A stretch of 64,000 nucleotides of DNA, taken from NCBI GenBank assembly GCA_900767605.1, contig CAAFZT010000048.1:31934-95933 (forward strand). Reading direction: 5' to 3'. The position numbers were made by a program, and so were the translations under genes. A model generated the notes under the pieces. That model saw only the letters and a list, made by a program, of their open reading frames with translations. It did no database searches and was not told where the DNA came from. The stretch is from Bacilli bacterium. GTDB lineage: Bacteria; Bacillota_I; Bacilli_A; RFN20; CAG-826. Shown here piece after piece: positions 49,217 through 57,926 of the stretch. The first letter of the stretch is position 1; each line of letters opens with the position of its first letter.

Positions 49217-50113
49217 TCAAAGGGTTTGGGCCTTTTGGTGATAAAGGGACGTTAAGTCTTCGAGGAGTTCGGGATCGACAAAATCCTTGAGGAAGACCAA
49301 AGACAATTCACGAATCATATTGAGGTTTTCGATGGGGCGGACCGTTAAGGTGTGTGCTCTTAATTCCTCGTAGCAAGCGGATTTAGGGAGAACGGAAATA
49401 CCAAGGTCTTTTTGGACCAAGGCTTTAATCGTGGATACGGCGTCGATTTCAAGGATGATATTGAAGTCGTCGATCGCGATATGCTCGGCTTCTAGCTCCG
49501 CGTAGAAAAGGCTGCTGGTCCCGGAAGTAGAAGAACGGACGATCATCCGTTCTTTTTTGATGTCTTCCACCGTTAGGATTTTTTTCTTCGCCAAGGGATT
49601 GGAATTGGACATAACGGCAACAAGCGAATCGGTATCCAAAAGAACGGAAGAGAATTTACGGCTAGGGACTTTGCCTTCCACGACTGCTAAATCAATTTCG
49701 TAAGTGGATAACTTATCATAAAGGTTTCTTATGGAGTCAGAAATAATACTTATATGAGAACCCTTTCGCATCGTTGAATAATCCGCGAGGACTTCCGGGA
49801 TGATGTTGGACTCGGAAGTATGGGTAATTCCAACGACCAACGACTTGGCGTGTTTTTTGTTATCGGCGATTTTCCGTTCCATGTCGCTATAAAGGGATTG
49901 GATGCGGCGCGCGTATTTAATCAAAATCGCCCCGTCATCGGTGGGAACGGCTTCGTTGCCCACGCGAACAAAAATGCGGATTCCATATTCTTGTTCCAAT
50001 AAACGGATGTGTTGGGAGATGGCGGGTTGCGTCAAGTTGAGCGCTTTGGCCGCCGCAGTGTAGGTTTTGTTCTCCGCGACGGATAAAAGGGTTAAGAGTT
50101 TATTGTCAATCAT
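49217..50113 (-). CDS. LysR-family transcriptional regulator
   Basis: The start was reassigned to MIDNKLLTLLSV...LTQPAISQHIRLLE. The track ORF has an 88-aa spurious extension. Confidence 0.8.
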   Translation of the reverse strand: MIDNKLLTLLSVAENKTYTAAAKALNLTQPAISQHIRLLEQEYGIRIFVRVGNEAVPTDDGAILIKYARRIQSLYSDMERKIADNKKHAKSLVVGITHTSESNIIPEVLADYSTMRKGSHISIISDSIRNLYDKLSTYEIDLAVVEGKVPSRKFSSVLLDTDSLVAVMSNSNPLAKKKILTVEDIKKERMIVRSSTSGTSSLFYAELEAEHIAIDDFNIILEIDAVSTIKALVQKDLGISVLPKSACYEELRAHTLTVRPIENLNMIRELSLVFLKDFVDPELLEDLTSLYHQKAQTL

Positions 50114-50234
50114 GACTCTATGATATAACAAAAACTTATGGAACCCTAGAAAACAATAAAGTTTCTTTTTGTTGGATTTGCCTATGATACCTCCTAGTGA
50201 CGTCAAAGCCATGTCAAAAGGAGGGGGTTTTAGC

Positions 50235-51647
50235 ATGAAGAACGACAAAGAGCGCGATTTATTTGCCAACAAACCGATTTGGTATGCCATCCTCTCTTTG
50301 GCCGTGCCTTCCGTTCTTGGCCAATTGATTTTGGTTTTATATAACCTCGCGGATACTTTTTTCGTCGGGCTCGCCAATAATAACGCGATGCTTACAGCCG
50401 TTACGGTTGTTATGCCCGCCTACATGTTTTTAAGCGCGATTGCCAATTTGTTTGGCGTGGGCGCTGCTAGTTTGATTTCCCGCAGCATTGGGGCTGGGAT
50501 TCCGGAGAAAGCCAAGCATGCCTTCGCTTTTTCAGTTTATGGGTCTTTGGTCGTTGGCGCAGTTTATTGCTTGCTTTGCCTTTTCTTCGCGGATGGGTTT
50601 ATTGATTTGCTGGGTGGAACCGATCCCGAGGTTCACGCAAATGCGGTGAAATACCTTTATATTTGCATCGTTTTCTGCGGTGTCCCCACCATTTTAAATA
50701 ACACATTGGCTCATTTGCTCCGCGCTCACGGGATGAGTTTTCACGCTTCCTTAGGCGTTGTTTTAGGCGGTATCCTCAACGTCGCCTTTGATCCTTTGTT
50801 CATGTTCGTGATTCTTGGGAAAGAAAACGTCGTTTTGGGTGCGGGCTTGGCCACGGGATTAAGCAACGTCATCGCTCTTCTTTATTACGTCGTACTTTTG
50901 ATCATCAAAAGAAAGAAGATCCTTTTTACCCTTGTCCCGAGCAAGGCCATGTTTCAACGTCATATCCCCGTGGACATCCTGCTTGTAGGCTTGCCCGCTT
51001 GCCTTATGACCCTTTGCGAGAATATCTCCTATGCGATTTTGGATAAGATGATGTCGTCCTTTGGCTTAAGCGCCCAAACGGGAATCGGCGCGGCCAAAAA
51101 GGTCAACATGGTCGCCCATAGCGTCGTCCGTGGCATGGCCCAAGGCGTCTTGCCGCTAATTGGGTATAACGCGACGAGCGGGGATCATCACCGCATGAAG
51201 AAAGCGGTCTATCTTTCTACCGGAATCTCAGCCACCATCGCCATCGTTTGCTTCCTCATCAATTTCATTTTCCCAACGGCTTTGCTCCGCATCTTCTTAA
51301 ACGATCCGACGAACCCCGCCCTTCCCTATGGGACGAAGTTCCTGCGCATTCTTTCCGTGGGTGCCCCCTTCTCTGCGGTTGCCTATTCGATCATTTCCTT
51401 CTTCCAGGCTGTAGGAAAAGGCGGCAGAAGTTTGTTGCTTGCCTTGCTCCGTAAAGGCATTTTGGATATCCCTGTCATGTTCGTTCTCTTTTTCTGCGGA
51501 TTGCCCAGCGAAATCTCCATGTTCGGCATCGTGGGGGCCACACCTATCGCCGACTTCGTTTGTTTCTTAATCGCTTTGATTCTTTTCTTCAGCTTCTTGA
51601 AACAGCATGCGGCGATGTTTGACGACAAGACGTTGGAAGATAACTGA
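50235..51647 (+). CDS. MATE-family efflux transporter
   Basis: An AAGGAGGG ribosome-binding site is present. It has 12 predicted TM segments typical of MATE. It is divergent from the LysR gene. Confidence 0.8.
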   Translation: MKNDKERDLFANKPIWYAILSLAVPSVLGQLILVLYNLADTFFVGLANNNAMLTAVTVVMPAYMFLSAIANLFGVGAASLISRSIGAGIPEKAKHAFAFSVYGSLVVGAVYCLLCLFFADGFIDLLGGTDPEVHANAVKYLYICIVFCGVPTILNNTLAHLLRAHGMSFHASLGVVLGGILNVAFDPLFMFVILGKENVVLGAGLATGLSNVIALLYYVVLLIIKRKKILFTLVPSKAMFQRHIPVDILLVGLPACLMTLCENISYAILDKMMSSFGLSAQTGIGAAKKVNMVAHSVVRGMAQGVLPLIGYNATSGDHHRMKKAVYLSTGISATIAIVCFLINFIFPTALLRIFLNDPTNPALPYGTKFLRILSVGAPFSAVAYSIISFFQAVGKGGRSLLLALLRKGILDIPVMFVLFFCGLPSEISMFGIVGATPIADFVCFLIALILFFSFLKQHAAMFDDKTLEDN

Positions 51648-51753
51648 ACTTCGCTTCGAAAATTGGCCAAAATTTGCGCGTACGCATTTTTATCATCCTC
51701 AAAATGGGACGAAACCCTTATACTAAAAGGCTGTGAGCTATAAGGAGCCGCTT

Positions 51754-53241
51754 ATGGATAAGATTGGTTTTGACTGTGAAAAATATTTTGCAATGCAATC
51801 GAGCCGAATTGAGGAGCGTATTGCCCAATTTGGTGGCAAACTCTACCTCGAATTTGGTGGCAAACTCTTCGACGATTATCACGCTTCTCGCGTCTTGCCG
51901 GGGTTTAAACCCGATGCCAAACTCCAGTTGCTCCTTCGGATGAAAGAAAGTGCCGAAATCGTCATCTCCATTAACGCGGAGGCGATTGCTTCCGGCAAAG
52001 TCCGCGAAGATTTGGGCATTACTTATAACCAAGACGTCCTTCGCTTGATCGATGCTTTCCGCGCGGCGGGGTTATATGTTGGCTCGGTTTGTTTAACGCG
52101 TTACAAAGGCCAAAAAGCGGCGAAGAGCTTTGAGCGCTTCCTGGCCAAGCAAGGCGTGAAGACCTATCACCTTTATGATATCCCTGACTACCCCTTTGCC
52201 GTGGATCATATCGTCAGCGATGATGGGTTAGGGAAGAATGATTACATTGAAACCACCCGCCCGTTGGTTGTCGTGACTGCCCCGGGACCGGGAAGCGGAA
52301 AAATGGCGACCTGCATTTCCCAACTTTACCAAGATAATCTTCGCGGCGTGAAATCGGGCTATGCCAAGTTTGAGACGTTCCCGATTTGGAATTTGCCTTT
52401 AAAGCACCCCGTCAATTTGGCTTATGAAGCCGCGACGGCGGATCTTAATGACGTCAACATGATCGACCCCTACCATTTAGAAGCCTATGGGGTGTCGACG
52501 GTCAACTACAACCGCGATATCGAAAATTTCCCGGTTTTGAATCACTTGTTTACCAAGATTTTTGGCAAATCCCCGTATCAATCCCCCACGGATATGGGTG
52601 TTAACATGGCGGGATATTGCATTTCGGACGACGCGGTTTGTCAAGAAGCGGCCCGTCAGGAAATCATTAGGAGGTACCTTCGCTCCTTGGTAGACCTTCA
52701 ACGCGGGAAAGTGGAAGAAAACGTTCCTGCCAAAATTCTTTCCATCATGAAGGCAAACGGAATTGAAGTGGACGAACGCGCTTGCGTCGCCCCTGCGAAA
52801 GAACGTGCCGCCAAAACGGGGAGACCCGCCTGCGCGATCGAACTTAATAATGGTGCAATCTTCACCGGCAAAACTAGTTCCTTGTTGGGCCCAGCCGGAG
52901 CCATGCTTCTTAACGCCCTGAAATCCCTTGCCGGAATTGGCGATGGCGTTTTGGTTTTGCCCGCAGCGATTCTAGAACCGGTATGCGCATTAAAAACGGA
53001 CGCCTTGCACGGTCATAACCCCCGCCTTCATATCAGCGAACTTTTGGTGACCCTTGCGATTTCCGCAATCACGAACCCCTTAGCGGACCTTGTCATGAAA
53101 CAACTCCCCAAACTTCGCGGAGCCCAAGCCCATAGTAGCGTCATCCTTTCGGAAACGGACGCGGATACCCTGCGTAAACTAGGCGTTGATTTGACCTGCG
53201 AACCGGTTTACGACTCCAAAAAACTCTATCATTCCAAATAA
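51754..53241 (+). CDS. UPF0371 / DUF1846-family protein
   Basis: GKLYLEFGGKLFDDYHASRVLPGF is characteristic. An AAGGAG ribosome-binding site precedes the second ATG. Confidence 0.65.
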   Translation: MDKIGFDCEKYFAMQSSRIEERIAQFGGKLYLEFGGKLFDDYHASRVLPGFKPDAKLQLLLRMKESAEIVISINAEAIASGKVREDLGITYNQDVLRLIDAFRAAGLYVGSVCLTRYKGQKAAKSFERFLAKQGVKTYHLYDIPDYPFAVDHIVSDDGLGKNDYIETTRPLVVVTAPGPGSGKMATCISQLYQDNLRGVKSGYAKFETFPIWNLPLKHPVNLAYEAATADLNDVNMIDPYHLEAYGVSTVNYNRDIENFPVLNHLFTKIFGKSPYQSPTDMGVNMAGYCISDDAVCQEAARQEIIRRYLRSLVDLQRGKVEENVPAKILSIMKANGIEVDERACVAPAKERAAKTGRPACAIELNNGAIFTGKTSSLLGPAGAMLLNALKSLAGIGDGVLVLPAAILEPVCALKTDALHGHNPRLHISELLVTLAISAITNPLADLVMKQLPKLRGAQAHSSVILSETDADTLRKLGVDLTCEPVYDSKKLYHSK

Positions 53242-53292
53242 CCTTTTTTGCGCGAGTTAGTCATAAACGCCTCCCACCTTGCACAAGTTGAG

Positions 53293-53304
53293 CAACGCGT
53301 TGCC
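53293..53304. promoter_or_regulatory. 12-bp perfect palindrome GCAACGCGTTGC upstream of rhaA
   Basis: It is flanked by direct TTGAGCA / TTTGAGCA repeats. Confidence 0.35.
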
Positions 53305-53369
53305 AACTTTGAGCAGTCAAAGGTACAATACCCTTAGCCCTTTTTAGAGGGCGTTTTGAAGGAGAAATT

Positions 53370-54617
53370 ATGACCCGTTTCGAAGAAGCGAAAATCATCT
53401 ATGCCCAAAATGGCGTGGATGTTGAAGAAGCGCTCAACAAAGTGAAAAACATTCCCATCTCCGTCCATTGCTGGCAAGGCGATGACGTTTTGGGTTTTGA
53501 AGGAATGAAATCCCTTTCTGGTGGTATTCAAACTACCGGCAATTACCCTGGACGTGCCCGCACCCCGGAAGAACTGATGGCGGATATCGAGAAATCGTTC
53601 TCGTTTATGCCGGGTAAGAAGCGTTTGAACCTTCACGCCTGCTACGCGATTTTAGGCGAAGATGAAGGCAAGGTGGACCGCGATGCCTATACCTTTAAAT
53701 ATTTCAAACCCTGGGTGGATTTTGTGAAGAAAATCGGTTTGGATGGCATTGACTTCAACCCGACTTTCTTTGGCCATCCCCGCGTCAAAGATAACCTCAC
53801 CCTTTCTTCCCCCGACGAAGAAACCCGCAAATTCTGGGTGGAACACGGTCGTCGTAGCCTTGAAATCGCCAGCGAACTTGGCAAAGCCTTCGGCAAGCCC
53901 TGCTTCGTGAATATCTGGATCCCCGATGGATATAAGGATGTCCCCGCGGATCGCCTTGGCCCCCGTCAAAGACTCAAAAAATCCTTGGATGAAATCATCG
54001 ATTGGCCGGGTTATGACCGTAAGTTTGTCACCATCGCCGTCGAAAGCAAAGTCTTCGGCATTGGACTAGAATCCTTCACGGTTGGATCTAACGAATTCTA
54101 CCAGAACTATGCGGCCAAAAAAGGCATCCTCTGCCTTATGGATATGGGCCATTATCACCCCACCGAAGTGGTCTCGGAAAAGATTTCTTCTCTCCTTTGC
54201 TTCTATGATAAACTCGCCCTCCACGTCTCTCGTCCGGTCCGTTGGGACTCTGACCATGTCGTGATCTTCGATGACGAACTCAAGGAAGTGGCCAAGGAAA
54301 TCATCCGTAACCACGCGGAAGACAAAGTCATCATCGGACTCGACTATTTCGATGCTTCCATCAACCGTCTTGTGGCTTGGACTACCGGCGAACGTTCCAT
54401 GGAGAAGGCTCTTCTTTACGCCGCTTTGCTTCCTAACGAAGAAATGAAGAAGCTTCAAGACAACGCGGAATTTAGCAAGCTCCTTTATCTCCAAGAACAC
54501 GCGAAAATGCTTCCCTTCGACGCGGTTTATCAAGAATATTTGACCCGCCAAGGACTTGAAGAAGATTACTTCACCCCGCTTCACCAATACGAAGAAGAAG
54601 TCCTTTCCAAAAGATAA
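53370..54617 (+). CDS. rhaA: L-rhamnose isomerase
   Basis: PISVHCWQGDDVLGFE and the overall 415-aa layout match RhaA. An AAGGAG ribosome-binding site is present. Confidence 0.85.
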   Translation: MTRFEEAKIIYAQNGVDVEEALNKVKNIPISVHCWQGDDVLGFEGMKSLSGGIQTTGNYPGRARTPEELMADIEKSFSFMPGKKRLNLHACYAILGEDEGKVDRDAYTFKYFKPWVDFVKKIGLDGIDFNPTFFGHPRVKDNLTLSSPDEETRKFWVEHGRRSLEIASELGKAFGKPCFVNIWIPDGYKDVPADRLGPRQRLKKSLDEIIDWPGYDRKFVTIAVESKVFGIGLESFTVGSNEFYQNYAAKKGILCLMDMGHYHPTEVVSEKISSLLCFYDKLALHVSRPVRWDSDHVVIFDDELKEVAKEIIRNHAEDKVIIGLDYFDASINRLVAWTTGERSMEKALLYAALLPNEEMKKLQDNAEFSKLLYLQEHAKMLPFDAVYQEYLTRQGLEEDYFTPLHQYEEEVLSKR

Positions 54618-54636
54618 TTCAAAAAATATTCGATAA

Positions 54637-54662
54637 GATGGGCATTTCGCCCATCTTTTCGT
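54637..54662 (+). terminator. Rho-independent terminator
   Basis: agatgggc-atttc-gcccatct followed by TTTTCGTTT. Confidence 0.65.
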
Positions 54663-54693
54663 TTATAGGAATAAGAGGCTTAATCCAGGATAC

Positions 54694-54776
54694 GCTCTAA
54701 AAATATGTAAAAGAAGGTGTGTATTGGCTCTAAAAATATGCAATTTTGAACACTGATTGGCTCTAAAAATATGCAA
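54694..54776 (+). repeat. three direct repeats of GCTCTAAAAATATG(C/T)AA at exactly 33-bp spacing
   Basis: Copies begin at 54694, 54727 and 54760. The array lies between the rhaA terminator and the DUF4143 ATPase gene. Confidence 0.8.
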
Positions 54777-54833
54777 CTTCTTGCAAAAAATGGATGTTCT
54801 TATTACTATTTTTTAATAAAGGAGGGATGAGAA

Positions 54834-56183
54834 ATGTATTTGAAGCGCAAGATTGATGATTTTCTCATGAAATGGAAGGAGAATCCCAATCGGCTACCCC
54901 TCATTGTCAAAGGGAGCCGTCAAATCGGAAAGACGGAATCCATTCGTCATTTTGCTCAAGCCGCTGGTTATGAGAGTTTCATCGAAATCAATTTCGTAAG
55001 CGAGGCCAAATATAAACGCATTATTGATGACGGCTATTCGGCGTCCTCGATTGTTAAAAATATCTCCTTTTTAGATCCTTCCAAGAAATTTATTGATGGG
55101 AAAACTTTAATCTTTTTCGACGAAATCACCGAATTTCCGGAGATTGCCACCTCCTTAAAGTTTTTTAAGGAAGATGGACGATTTGACGTTATCTGCAGCG
55201 GCTCTTTGCTTGGGGTTAGCTATAAAAGAATTGAAAGCAATAGCGTAGGTTATAAATACGATTACGAAATGCTGTCCATGGATTTCGAAGAATTCCTTTG
55301 GGCTAAAGGATATAACGAAGATCTTGTGAACGACATGCTTATGCATATGCGCGACCTCAAGCCATTTAGCTCGTTAGATATGTCGGTTCTCCAGTCTCTT
55401 TTCCTGGATTATTCCGTGCTAGGTGGAATGCCAATTGTTGTACGGAATTATATTGAAAAAGGAAGCTTCGAGGGGTCGCTGGACTTGCAACGTCAACTGA
55501 TTGCCGATTATCGAGAGGATATCCGTAAGTATGCATCCGGTTTAGACCAAACTCGTATTTTGAATGTTTTTAATAGCATCCCTTCGCAATTAGCAAAAGA
55601 AAATAAGAAGTTTCAAGTGTCCAAGGTGGCACAGGGGGCTAATTTCCGTGATTACCGCGGTTGCGTGGAATGGCTAGTGGACGCGGGAATTGTCAACGCC
55701 TGTTATTGCTTGAATTTTCCAGAACTCCCTTTGTCGGGCAATTGTGTCTACGACAAATACAAACTTTATTTTGCCGACACCGGCCTCCTTGTTTCCTTGT
55801 TGGATAACGAATCCCAAGAAGATTTGCGCGCGAACAAAAATCTTGGCGTTTATAAAGGGGCACTTTACGAAAATTTCGTGGGGGAGGCTTTGGTGAAATC
55901 CGGTTATCAACTTTACTATTACAAACGAGGGGACGGGACGTTAGAGGAAGATTTCTTCCTTCGCACGATGGACCACTTGGTGCCTGTAGAGGTAAAGGCC
56001 AATGCAGGAAAATCGAAATCCTTGCAAACATTGATTTCCTCAAACAAATATCCTGACATTGCATTTGGCATAAAATTATCCGCAAATAACATTGGATATA
56101 GCGAAAGGGTTTATACCCTCCCTTATTTTTGTACCTTCCTTGTAAAACGATGGTTGAAGGACTTTAAACCGAATCTCGATTAA
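54834..56183 (+). CDS. AAA-family ATPase (AAA_14 / DUF4143 architecture)
   Basis: The P-loop is GSRQIGKT. It is 449 aa and a distant paralogue of the 29814..31118 gene. Confidence 0.7.
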   Translation: MYLKRKIDDFLMKWKENPNRLPLIVKGSRQIGKTESIRHFAQAAGYESFIEINFVSEAKYKRIIDDGYSASSIVKNISFLDPSKKFIDGKTLIFFDEITEFPEIATSLKFFKEDGRFDVICSGSLLGVSYKRIESNSVGYKYDYEMLSMDFEEFLWAKGYNEDLVNDMLMHMRDLKPFSSLDMSVLQSLFLDYSVLGGMPIVVRNYIEKGSFEGSLDLQRQLIADYREDIRKYASGLDQTRILNVFNSIPSQLAKENKKFQVSKVAQGANFRDYRGCVEWLVDAGIVNACYCLNFPELPLSGNCVYDKYKLYFADTGLLVSLLDNESQEDLRANKNLGVYKGALYENFVGEALVKSGYQLYYYKRGDGTLEEDFFLRTMDHLVPVEVKANAGKSKSLQTLISSNKYPDIAFGIKLSANNIGYSERVYTLPYFCTFLVKRWLKDFKPNLD

Positions 56184-56244
56184 AGCAAGTTTTATCGTTT
56201 TCATTTGATTTTGGTTTGTCTTTGACCCGTGGCATAATTACCCC

Positions 56245-57363
56245 ATGAAATCCCATTATGATTTTTTGATTGTCGGCGCTGGACTTAGCGGCGCGGTTTT
56301 GGCGAGGCAATTAAGTGATGCCGGGCGTTCGGTATTAGTCGTTGAACAAAAAGATCGAATTGGAGGACAAGTGGCCACTTCTCTTCGCGAAGGCATTGTC
56401 GTTCATGATTACGGCCCCCATATTTTCCATACCTCGATGGAGGAGGTTTGGGAATACGTGAATCGATACGCTTCTTTCTATTCCTTTATTAATGCTCCTC
56501 TAGCTTGCTATAAGGGCGAGCTTTATCACATGCCCTTCAACATGAATACCTTTTATGCACTTTGGGGAACAAAAACGGGAGAAGAGGCAAGAAAGAAAAT
56601 CGAAGAAGAAAAAGCCAAAGAAAACGTGACGTCCCCCTCCAATTTAGAAGAACAGGCGATCGCATTGGTCGGAAGAACCATCTACGAAAAGCTTGTGAAA
56701 GGATATACTGAAAAGCAATGGGGCAGACCCTGCACGGAATTATCTCCTTCCATCATTAAGCGTCTCCCCCTTCGTTTTACTTATAACAATAACTATTTCA
56801 CCGATACCTATAGCGCCGAGGCAAAAGGGGGCTTCTCCGTTTTGGTGGAGAATCTTTTAAAGGGAATCGACGTGGTTTTGTCTACCCCCTATAACAAGGA
56901 AAGGAAGAAATGGGATGCTTTAGCGGATGCGATCATCTATACGGGGATGGTCGATGAACTTTATGGATGCGAACTGGGAAGGCTAGAGTACCGTTCCCTC
57001 CGTTTTGATGTTGTGCGTTTGAATCAGCCTGATTTTCAATCCAATGCCGTGGTGAATTACACGGATCGCGACGTTCCATATACCCGTATTACGGAGCATC
57101 GCCACTTTGATCCGGAATGCCCCAATACCACATCGACTTATTTGACTTACGAATATCCAAGCGAATATAAGGAAGGGGCGAATGCCTGCTATCCCATTTT
57201 GGATGAGAAAAACGCCAAACTTTATTCCTTGTACGTAGAAAAAACGAAAAAGGAATCCAAGCCCTTTTATCTGGCTGGACGCCTAGGTTTATACCGTTAT
57301 TTTGATATGGACGACGCGATTAAAGCCGCCCTGGATTTAAGCGAAGAAATTCTTAAGAAATAA
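56245..57363 (+). CDS. glf: UDP-galactopyranose mutase
   Basis: YDFLIVGAGLSGAV is the FAD motif. The 372-aa length and the overall match fit Glf. Confidence 0.85.
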   Translation: MKSHYDFLIVGAGLSGAVLARQLSDAGRSVLVVEQKDRIGGQVATSLREGIVVHDYGPHIFHTSMEEVWEYVNRYASFYSFINAPLACYKGELYHMPFNMNTFYALWGTKTGEEARKKIEEEKAKENVTSPSNLEEQAIALVGRTIYEKLVKGYTEKQWGRPCTELSPSIIKRLPLRFTYNNNYFTDTYSAEAKGGFSVLVENLLKGIDVVLSTPYNKERKKWDALADAIIYTGMVDELYGCELGRLEYRSLRFDVVRLNQPDFQSNAVVNYTDRDVPYTRITEHRHFDPECPNTTSTYLTYEYPSEYKEGANACYPILDEKNAKLYSLYVEKTKKESKPFYLAGRLGLYRYFDMDDAIKAALDLSEEILKK

Positions 57364-57479
57364 CCTGAAACCGTTTTCACGTTGCATCCCTCTTGCGGGA
57401 TTTTCCTTTTGGCTTTTTAATGGAATAGTAAAACATTTCACCCCGTGAAGAGTTCACGGAATGAAATAAGAGGAGGCTT

Positions 57480-57926
57480 ATGAAAACCGATCATCAAGTA
57501 GCAGAAGAAATCTTCAGTCAGTGTTTTCGAATTGCTGACCCGTATTTGCTTGGAACCGTAGCCAGTTTAGTCTCGGGGCCTAGCCTTGTTTGCAGCGCCC
57601 TCCTTCATGAAAAAGAAGGGATTACGGTAGGCGAACTCGCCAAATACGCCTCCGTTGCCCCCAGCCGAATTACGGCGATTCTCGACGACTTTGAAAGCAA
57701 GGGATTCGTGAAGCGTTTTTCCAAAGAAGGCGACCGCTTGCATATCTACGCGAAATTCACCAAATCCGGGATGGAAGAAGCGGAGAATAACCAAAAAGGC
57801 TTAATCCAATGGATAGAAGGTCTCGTCCAACATATCGGGCAGGAAAAAATGTTGGAATTTACTCAAACCCTGTTAGAAATTGCTGCCTATGCGAAAGGAG
57901 AAAAGGACCATGCTGAAACTCGTTGA
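57480..57926 (+). CDS. MarR-family transcriptional regulator
   Basis: It is 148 aa with a winged HTH (ITVGELAKYASVAPSRITAILDDFESKGFV). Confidence 0.8.
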   Translation: MKTDHQVAEEIFSQCFRIADPYLLGTVASLVSGPSLVCSALLHEKEGITVGELAKYASVAPSRITAILDDFESKGFVKRFSKEGDRLHIYAKFTKSGMEEAENNQKGLIQWIEGLVQHIGQEKMLEFTQTLLEIAAYAKGEKDHAETR

